DNA of 20,465 nucleotides from Armatimonadota bacterium. Lineage in GTDB: Bacteria; Armatimonadota; Armatimonadia; Armatimonadales; Armatimonadaceae. Positions 1-7,500 of the stretch are shown here, piece after piece. Below the pieces are notes generated by a model that was given only the letters and a program-made list of their open reading frames with translations, made no database searches and was not told where the DNA came from. The DNA lies in assembly GCA_043754515.1 (NCBI GenBank), contig JAYUUO010000306.1:1-20465 (forward strand), given 5' to 3'. The translations under genes were made by a program, and so were the position numbers. Each line of letters begins with the position of its first letter. The first letter of the stretch is position 1.

Positions 1-139
1 CCACGAAAACGGCGTTCGTCGGCTCGCCAGTCACTGGGCTGTGTAGCGGGCGGCGGATGGCGTAGAACGCCCGAAAAATCTCGGCATAGCCGTCTATGAG
101 ATAAAAGGTTTCTGGGGGAAGGGGCGACACTGTATCCAT
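1..139 (-). CDS. 5'-3' exonuclease / DNA polymerase I N-terminal (flap endonuclease) domain, partial (runs off left edge)
   Basis: Manual translation from ATG at 139: MDTVSPLPPETFYLIDGYAEIFRAFYAIRRPLHSPVTGEPTNAVFV..., matching the PolA/FEN N-terminal pattern LIDGxxxxFRAFYA...GEPTNAV. Starts 1 nt after the TGA of the upstream gene. Not in the ORF track. Confidence 0.88.
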   Translation of the reverse strand, partial: MDTVSPLPPETFYLIDGYAEIFRAFYAIRRPLHSPVTGEPTNAVFV

Positions 140-140
140 G

Positions 141-1316
141 TCAGACGGCGTCCCGTAAGTAGTTCAGTAATTCGGCGGCGCGGCGTCCCGCCGTATGCGA
201 CGGCAGGATCCTCGCACGCGCCGCGAGCGCGACGGCGTCACGTTCCTCATCCGAGATGCGCGTCAGCACCTGGAACACCTCCTCAGCCGTGTCCGCGAGC
301 AGGATCTCCTTGCCCGGCGTAAGAAACGAGTCAATCCCCTCCCACCGATCCGAGATGATCGGAACGCCGCACGCCGCCGCTTCAAACAGCCGCACGCTCG
401 GCGACCAGCCCACGCGCCGCATATCTTCGCGGGTGACATTCAGCGTCCACCGCTGGCGGTTATAAAAGGCATTATGCACAGTGGGGGACAGATGCCCTAC
501 CCGCTCGATATTCGCCGACCAGGCGATGTCGTCCGGGTACTGGGGTCCTGCCACCACGAAACTACGCTCCGGGAGGCGGGAGGCGGGCACTATCAACAAC
601 TCGTCCAGGATCGGCTGACGGTCCGTGCTATAGGTTCCCATGTAGCCGAGTTCGTAGCCGATGCCACCCTCATGGGAGTAGCGGCGTCGGCTTTCGTCAT
701 CCAGCAGGGCGTTAGGGCGACTCGCGCTTTCAGACGGGTTACGGCGTCTGCTCTCGGCGACCGCGAGTTCGCGCGTATACCTATGCGGCTCCGGGTAATA
801 CAAATCGGGGTCAACCGCGCAGTAGAATGGCAAGGCGCGGCGCGAACCCCACCGGTCCTCGAGCCGCGCGAGCGTCGGCCCGCCCGCGAATGATAGGTAA
901 AGATGATAGCGCGGGATCAGGTCCGGCGACAGGTACTCGAAGTCTCCTCGCTCCATTTTGGCGAGCGTAATAGGGGTGTCAATGTCGTAGAACGCCGTGA
1001 TGCCCCGCGCGGTTCGTGTCACCCACTCACCGACCGCAACCCCGTCCGGCACGTACGAGCCGACGATCACGGCGTCGGCGTCGCGCACTTCGTCCCCCAG
1101 CCGCTCCCGTAGATCGGCGAGATCCTGGTGCAGTACCATCCGGCAGTACGGCGGGTTTGGCAGGTCGCGATTGTCACGGTACCATGACACATCGTGTTCG
1201 GCGAATACGACGTTTACGTCCCGTGCCACCAGTTCCCGAGCGAGACCCCTGTAGGTCGTCGCGTGTCCGTTCCCCCACGACGACGTTATGGAAAGCCCTA
1301 TTATTACTACACGCAT
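141..1316 (-). CDS. CgeB-family (spore maturation-like) GT-B glycosyltransferase carrying a ~38-aa insertion
   Basis: Motifs GLSITSSWGNGHATTYRGL, FYDIDTP, LGYMGTYSxDRQ, WTLNVTR, SPSVRLFEAAACG, ISDxWxG, HTxxxRA. GGAGGAGG RBS upstream; overlaps the stop of the previous gene. Confidence 0.88.
   Translation of the reverse strand: MRVVIIGLSITSSWGNGHATTYRGLARELVARDVNVVFAEHDVSWYRDNRDLPNPPYCRMVLHQDLADLRERLGDEVRDADAVIVGSYVPDGVAVGEWVTRTARGITAFYDIDTPITLAKMERGDFEYLSPDLIPRYHLYLSFAGGPTLARLEDRWGSRRALPFYCAVDPDLYYPEPHRYTRELAVAESRRRNPSESASRPNALLDDESRRRYSHEGGIGYELGYMGTYSTDRQPILDELLIVPASRLPERSFVVAGPQYPDDIAWSANIERVGHLSPTVHNAFYNRQRWTLNVTREDMRRVGWSPSVRLFEAAACGVPIISDRWEGIDSFLTPGKEILLADTAEEVFQVLTRISDEERDAVALAARARILPSHTAGRRAAELLNYLRDAV
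660..790. repeat. Structured in-frame insertion with a degenerate 60-nt-period direct repeat and nested inverted repeats
   Basis: 678-702 vs 738-762 match at 18/25 nt (ESRRR encoded twice, 20 aa apart). Inverted repeats 717-726/762-772 and 731-736/745-750. GTAG at 678-681. Confidence 0.55.
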
Positions 1317-2398
1317 GAGAACAACACCTCCTCCGCGACTTCCGCGCGGCGGGCGTACGTATGCTCGGCGAGTACCCTCCGCAACGCCACCTGTCCGATT
1401 TCAACCGATCGTTCTGGCGTCAGGGCCGCGAGATGCGCGGCGACTTCCGCGCCGTCGCGCGCCGCGAGCACTTCGGCTCCAGGTTCGAGAAACGTCTCCA
1501 GTCCCGTCCACCAATCGGTGATCAGGCAGGCACCCGCGCCCGCCGCCTCGAAGACACGGGTAGCGGGCGAGAAGCCGTACCGCGCCATCGAGTCGCGGGA
1601 CACGTTCAGCACCGCGAGCGGCGAGGAGTTGAACGCGTTGTGCTCCCCCGTCCCGACGTGTCCAACATAACCTACGTTCGCGGGGAGCGGCTTGCCGTGC
1701 CAGCCGCTCCCGCCGAGTAGAAACCGTCTCCCCGGTAGCGCGGTGGCTGGCGTTAAAAAGAACGCTTCGACACGGGCTTCGCGGTCGGGTAGGCGGTTCC
1801 CCAGAAACGCCAGGTCACGAGCAAAACGCGGCTCGGGAGCGACGGGGTGATGCGTTTCCGGGTCGAGCGCGTTGTAGATAGGCACGCACCGCTTCGCGCC
1901 GAGCGCGGCGTACGCCGACGTGACCGGCTCGCCCCCGCCGTAGGTCAACACCGCGTCGTAGAGCGGGATCAGTGGGAGGAACGGGTCGGACGAGTCGGAA
2001 TGAACGCGGTCCAGGGTCGCGGGCGCGTCAACGTCCCAAAAGACGACGTGAAGCCCCGGTCGCCGCGCTTCGAGCACCAACCGCTCCAGAAGCGCGTCAT
2101 ACACGCCTACTCCACTGGCTTTGATTAGCACGTCGGCGTCCGTCGCGGCCTCTCCGACCAGCGTGGAGACCGATGACTCGGGGGCGTCGCCCGGATAAAC
2201 GACGACGCGGGCGTAAGGCGGGTCGGACGGCAGATCGCGATTTGCTTGCCGTTCGTAGGCGTCCGGCTCGTAGTGGCCCCGTGCGTGTAGTGCCTTCAGG
2301 ATGCCCCGGTAGTAGGTCGCCGCGCCATTCCAGTACGCGGACACGAGCGACGATCCGAAAAAGGCGATGCGCAGACTCCGGGCATTACGGGTCAACAC
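1307..2398 (-). CDS. CgeB-family glycosyltransferase (apparent 4-aa in-frame deletion near N-terminus)
   Basis: Motifs FFGSSLVSAYWNGAATYYRG, FWDVDAPATL, LAFLGNRLPDRE, SPATRVFEAAGAG, HTYARRA. GAGGAGG RBS; start GTG 2398 or TTG 2395 overlaps the upstream stop. Confidence 0.88.
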   Translation of the reverse strand: MLTRNARSLRIAFFGSSLVSAYWNGAATYYRGILKALHARGHYEPDAYERQANRDLPSDPPYARVVVYPGDAPESSVSTLVGEAATDADVLIKASGVGVYDALLERLVLEARRPGLHVVFWDVDAPATLDRVHSDSSDPFLPLIPLYDAVLTYGGGEPVTSAYAALGAKRCVPIYNALDPETHHPVAPEPRFARDLAFLGNRLPDREARVEAFFLTPATALPGRRFLLGGSGWHGKPLPANVGYVGHVGTGEHNAFNSSPLAVLNVSRDSMARYGFSPATRVFEAAGAGACLITDWWTGLETFLEPGAEVLAARDGAEVAAHLAALTPERSVEIGQVALRRVLAEHTYARRAEVAEEVLFSCV

Positions 2399-3228
2399 GA
2401 AGTGGCTACCTCCTCGTGAATCGCTAGTAATCCGTCCACGCGGTGGGAGCAGGTGTGCCGCGCGAGTACCGTTTCGCGCCCGCGTTCGGCGAGTTCCGCC
2501 GCGAATTCTGGCTCCGCGAGCACGCGCCTCAGTTGCGTCCGCATCTCGCCGCCGTCACGTGCGGTCAGGAAATCAGTCCCCGGAGTGAACAGGTTCTCCG
2601 CGTCACGCCAGGGCGCGCAAACAAGCGGGATACCACACGCTAGTGCCTCGAACACACGAATTGTCGGTATGCCGAGTAACGCTTCGACATACGGGCGGCG
2701 CGGCACATGCGTGGTCACCCGCGCCGCCGCGAACGCCGCCGGTGCCTGGTAGTTAGGAAGCCAGCCGGCGTACTCGATCCCGGCGTCCGCGAGTGCGACT
2801 TTCGCTTCGTCCGGGTAGCGAACTCCGTGTACCTGCGCCGTCAGCCGTAGTGCCTTCACCGGCTCCAGGAGGAACTCGCGCAGTTCGGCGGCGCGCTCGC
2901 CATCGCCCCAGTTGCCGACCCAGACCAGATCCCGCTCCCTGGGGACGTCCGGCAAGGGGTGGAAGACACGGGTGTCGGCGGCCTCATGCCACGTCCATGC
3001 CCGACGTGCCCAGCCGTTCCCCAGGTACCGCTCGCGTAGCACCGCGCCGAATGCCAGCACGCCGTCGTAATTCCCGAGGTCGTATGCCGCCATCGCCTCC
3101 GGCTCGCTCACGGCGCGGTGGTGCGTGTCGTGGAATAGGAGCGCGAAGTCGGCCTGTTCCACGACACGCGCCCCGATCCGCGCCACCAATTTGGGCGGGT
3201 TCCATTCGTGAACGATCACCAGATTCGC
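2392..3228 (-). pseudogene. N-terminally truncated CgeB-family glycosyltransferase
   Basis: Has VIVHEWN, LFHDTHHRA, WVGNWGDGER, PTIRVFEALACG, HTCxHR but only ~275 aa vs 363-391 aa for the paralogues. It lacks the N-terminal S-x-W-x-x-G-x-A/H..YRG block. Family-like sequence ends at ANLVIVHEW (~3228), and no RBS is visible. Confidence 0.75.
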
Positions 3229-3231
3229 ATA

Positions 3232-3741
3232 ATGACTGTTGGCACTAAAGATGAGGCGTCCCGCTTGCTGCGCGGAATCCGCGCGTACTTGTTGGTATTT
3301 ATCGTCGGCCTCGTGCTGAGCGGCGTCACTGGGTTCCCACTCACGCCGGAGGTTAGCCTACTAGCACGGATCACAGACGCCTCGGGGCTGGCAGGCGCGT
3401 CTCCCACGCTAGCCACGTGGCTCGGCACGGTGCAGGTCGCGTTATCCGATACCGAAGTGCGCCACCCGTTCTTGTTTTACGGCACCGACTGGCTGGCGTT
3501 CGGGCATATCATAATCGCGCTGTTCTTCGTCGGCCCGCTCCTCGACCCCGTGCGGAACGTGTTCGTGCTACGAGCGGGCGTCGTCGCCTGCGCTCTCGTC
3601 CTCCCACTCGCCTTTGTGTGCGGGCCGATTCGCGGCATCCCATTCTGGTGGCAACTCATAGACTGCTCATTCGGCGTCCTCGGCGCGATCCCACTCCTGC
3701 TCTGTATCAAAAGCGTGCGACGCCTCGAAGCAATCGCATAG
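3232..3741 (+). CDS. Conserved hypothetical integral membrane protein (~4 TM helices)
   Basis: Four hydrophobic segments; motif-like FLFYGTDWLAFGH, GPLLDPVRN, IRGIPFWWQLIDCSFG. ATG 3232 preferred over GTG 3208, which would overlap the opposite-strand gene. Confidence 0.75.
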   Translation: MTVGTKDEASRLLRGIRAYLLVFIVGLVLSGVTGFPLTPEVSLLARITDASGLAGASPTLATWLGTVQVALSDTEVRHPFLFYGTDWLAFGHIIIALFFVGPLLDPVRNVFVLRAGVVACALVLPLAFVCGPIRGIPFWWQLIDCSFGVLGAIPLLLCIKSVRRLEAIA

Positions 3742-3776
3742 AAACTACTACTCGAAGAAGTAACTGTCAGGTATTC

Positions 3777-4523
3777 TCATCCGCAAACATCACGGTACGA
3801 AGCGAAGGTCGCCCCAGCGTCGTGGAGCCGTTCCACCAAACTGGGGTCGCACAGGAGGTTCGTCTCGGCGGCACGCTCCCGCGCTACCGAGCCATCCGCA
3901 GGGGCACCGTGGAAGTGAAACCGGCTCATCACGCCCCCCTCCTCGAAGTAACCGGGATGCGTGACTATCAGGTAGTCGCCGGGCGGCGCGGCGTGTACGC
4001 GTGCTACCCAGTCGTGTCCGCTTCCGGGCAATGGGGGCAGATCCCGCGTGACGAACAGCAACCCTTCGCGCCGCGCGAAGTCGGCGAGCGCGGCGAGCAG
4101 TTCACCGGACACCCAGCCGATGTGGCAGTGCTCGTCGAGGTAAACCGGGTCGAGACCAACGGAGCGCAACCGGGCTAGTTGCGCGGCGACTTCCGCCATC
4201 GCCTCCCCGATCACAAACCCATTTCGTTTCAGGTCGCCGGGGAGTGTAGTGAAAAATCCGTCGGCGTCAACCAGCGAAGGGACGCGATCCGCCCCCAGTA
4301 GCGGCCCCCATTTGACTAATTCCCATTCGGAATTCAGCGTGACGTGCAGGCCGATATCGATGCTCCCGTCGCGTGATAACAGAGCCGCCGCCTCTTCCAA
4401 ATAGCCGCCGGGTGTCATCACGGACACGCACTTTATAGTGCCGGCGGCGACGCACGCGGCGATTGCCCGGTTCGCTTCAGGGCTGTTGCCGACGTCGTCC
4501 GCTCGCATTATGATTCGTTTCAT
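3777..4523 (-). CDS. ChbG/HpnK/YdjC-family carbohydrate deacetylase
   Basis: IIMRADDVG, IGLHVTL, VPSLVDADGFF, YLDEHCH and THPG motifs. ATGA overlap with the upstream GH2 stop (4520-4523). Confidence 0.88.
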   Translation of the reverse strand: MKRIIMRADDVGNSPEANRAIAACVAAGTIKCVSVMTPGGYLEEAAALLSRDGSIDIGLHVTLNSEWELVKWGPLLGADRVPSLVDADGFFTTLPGDLKRNGFVIGEAMAEVAAQLARLRSVGLDPVYLDEHCHIGWVSGELLAALADFARREGLLFVTRDLPPLPGSGHDWVARVHAAPPGDYLIVTHPGYFEEGGVMSRFHFHGAPADGSVARERAAETNLLCDPSLVERLHDAGATFASYRDVCG

Positions 4524-7500
4524 CTAGTTTTAGCGGCGGTCAGGGCGAGTAGCACCGGGATCCCGCGCCGATCCTTGCCATACTCCAGGTCTACCGAGGC
4601 TATGACCGCGTCGGGGCGCGGGTTCGTCCACTGCTTCTGGTACGCGACGGCCGTATACTTAGTGTCGGGGTAGGCTCGAGTCCATGCGATTTGCGCCCCC
4701 GGCAATAAGAGCGGCTCACCCTCTTGTCTGTAATCGTCCATGTCAATTTCCGCGAGAAGGGGCACGATAGCCGTCCCGCCATCCGCGTAGTGTACAACAT
4801 AACGCGCCATTTCGTACGCTCTATTTCCGCGCCGCTCGCCGTCATCGCGGCGGATGTCGAGGCGTGCCGCTTGCAAGAAGAACAGCGCGTCGGCCTTCAG
4901 GTTAACCGGGATTCCGCGCACGGCGTCGGGCAGATTGCCTGGCACGCCGCTCCCGCCGAGCATAACGGCGGTCGGCACGGGCGACGTCGGGAAATCGTAG
5001 ATCTTGTACGTCACTCCGGCGAAGGTCTGTGTGCCCGTCGGCAACGCGCCGAACGTGAAGGACTTATCGCCGAACCAGCCTTGCTCGTTCCGATACTGTG
5101 TCGCCTGCTTCCCGATGTTCACCGGCGTGTACTGGAGATTCGCTCCCGCGAGCACCGTTTTCGCACCACCGAACGGGGCATTCAAGTTGCGCAGGATCGT
5201 GCCGAGAATGCGCTGTTTCTTCACCGCGTTCTCCGGCACCTCCTCCCTATCTTTGTAAAGCACGTCGCAAAGTACGATGCCGCCCGTGCCGCGCGGGTAC
5301 TCCACCAGCGTCCCAACGGAGAGTAGCGGGCGCACCTTTTTGTAGAAATCCGGAGAACGCCGCGCATAAAGTCGGATGTTATCTACACCAACGATCGCGG
5401 TCGGCGACCGCCTCTCCCAGGCGGCGATTCGCACCCCTATCTCCTTCGCGGGACCGGGAGCCTTCACCGCGAACAGTCGCGGCTCGTTGTCCGGGGGCGT
5501 GTCGAACAGTCGCGGTGATTTGCCGTCGAAGGTCAACTCGACCTTCGTCGTCGGCCAATAGAACGCGTTACCCGCCCATTCCATCCGCGTGATCGTCTGC
5601 GGCACCGCGAAGCGAAACGGGATCGCCTTCGGATCTCCGCTCCCCGCCCAGATGCTGAAGATGTACTGCCAGCCGTCCGACGAGTAGAAGCCGTTCACCA
5701 TATTGTACGGGTCGTGATCGTTATCCGCGTTGGGGTTGTTCCAAAACGATGGGGCGGGAAGTGTCGCGAACGGGGCGACTTCGTCGTAGTCAACCGCGTA
5801 GGTGAACACGTCGGACGCGAGGAACGTGTCCGACGTGAAGTTGTTGATGCGTTGCCCGGACTGCATGACTACGTCACCGAGCGTGAGGCCCGAAGTGAGC
5901 GGGTTCTTCATCGCCGGGAACGTCACGCGCTCGCGGCGGAAGGGCCGGATCATGTGGTTTATTCCGACCAGCCGGTTGTAGTCGGCTAAGCCCTGCGGTG
6001 TGAGGTTGCACAGGAGCAGATACCCACCGCCTTTCGCGAACGCTTCCACGGTCGCCTTGCCGTCCGCTAGCGTTTTTAGGTGGGCGGGGGTCGCTTCGAC
6101 GACCGCCAGCCTCGTCACCCCATCCCGGAGCGGCGCGAGAACATCCGTCGCCGGGGTGAACGTAACCCCGGTCGCACCGAGAGCCTTCGCGATGGGCGAA
6201 CCGGGAGCGATGGCGGCGACCACCGGGCGGAACCGTTGCCGGTAGTTCGCGCCGTAGGCGATCAGGTTTGTCAACAATCGCCGCGCCACGGCGTTGGTCG
6301 AGAGCGTTCCGGCGACGCGTAGTTGAGAAAGTAGAAGCAGTCCTTTACCCGAAGGCAGTTCCGCAAGCGCGGTGTCTTCCAGCCGGTTATGGCACTGAAT
6401 CAGAGATCTGCCCCCGGTTGAGGGCTTCTTATACGCGCCGTGGTATATGACCTGATCGCCGCCCCAGGTGAAAAAGTCTTTCTGCTGGAGTCCGAGTAGC
6501 GCGGGATGATTCAAGTCGTCGGCGAACGCGATTCGCCCTTCGTCTCCCGTCGCATCCATCGCCGCGGGCAACCCCTGATAACGGAGCGGGTTCCGCTGCT
6601 CCAGCACGATCACCGCGCGACCCGCCGACGCCCATGCGGCGAGCGCGGACGACGTGGATTCGGCGGGCGTCAGCGCGTCCCTCCCGACGAGTAGCACCGT
6701 TCCCACCGGGGCATTTGTTGGCAACGCGGACAGTGCGGCGATAGGTTTCGTGACGATCCCAAGCGTCGGTAATAGCTTCGACACGCTCGCGCGGGGATCA
6801 TAGAGAAGCACCGATTTGCCGATACTGTCGCCGAGAATGCTCCACGGCTTGATGTCGGTGAACACCGTTTTGCCGCCCACGGTGACGCTCAGATTCCAGG
6901 AGGCTTCGAGGCGCGACCCGGCGGGTACGGCGGGAAGTGCTACGGTGACGGGGAACTTGACCGACTCCCCCGGCGCGACGGCCTCGGTGACGCTGTTATG
7001 GGCGAGCGTTTTGCCACTTGCGGTCAGTGTCCAGACGAACGTCAACGGGCGCGTCTCACGGTATGAATCGTTGAACAGCCCGATGGACCGGATCACCTTC
7101 GCGCCGCTGGCGAACGTGGTGTCCCACTCCTTGCAGAAGGCAGCGATCGGCGCGAATGATTTGTATTGATCCGTCGCCGACTCGCTTCCCAGCCAAAAAT
7201 GGAACGCGCCGAACCCCGCCCATCGGTAGCCCTCTGTTAGCATCCGCTGGATCACGCCCGCCGCACGGCGCGTGCTCGACTTGCCCTGGAACGTCTCCTC
7301 GCCGCCTAAAAACGCATAGTCCGCCGGATTGATGCCGGTCGCGAAGTAGTCCTCGCCGAGATAGCGAGGGCGTTTCTGATCCCACGTCCACCGCCCCCGC
7401 CCGCCCCCGTCCGGGTTCGCCTCATAGGCGAGCGCAGGGTATTTGGCGGGATCGCCGGAATAGACATAATGGTCGCCGTGTACCGGCAGTATACTGTTTT

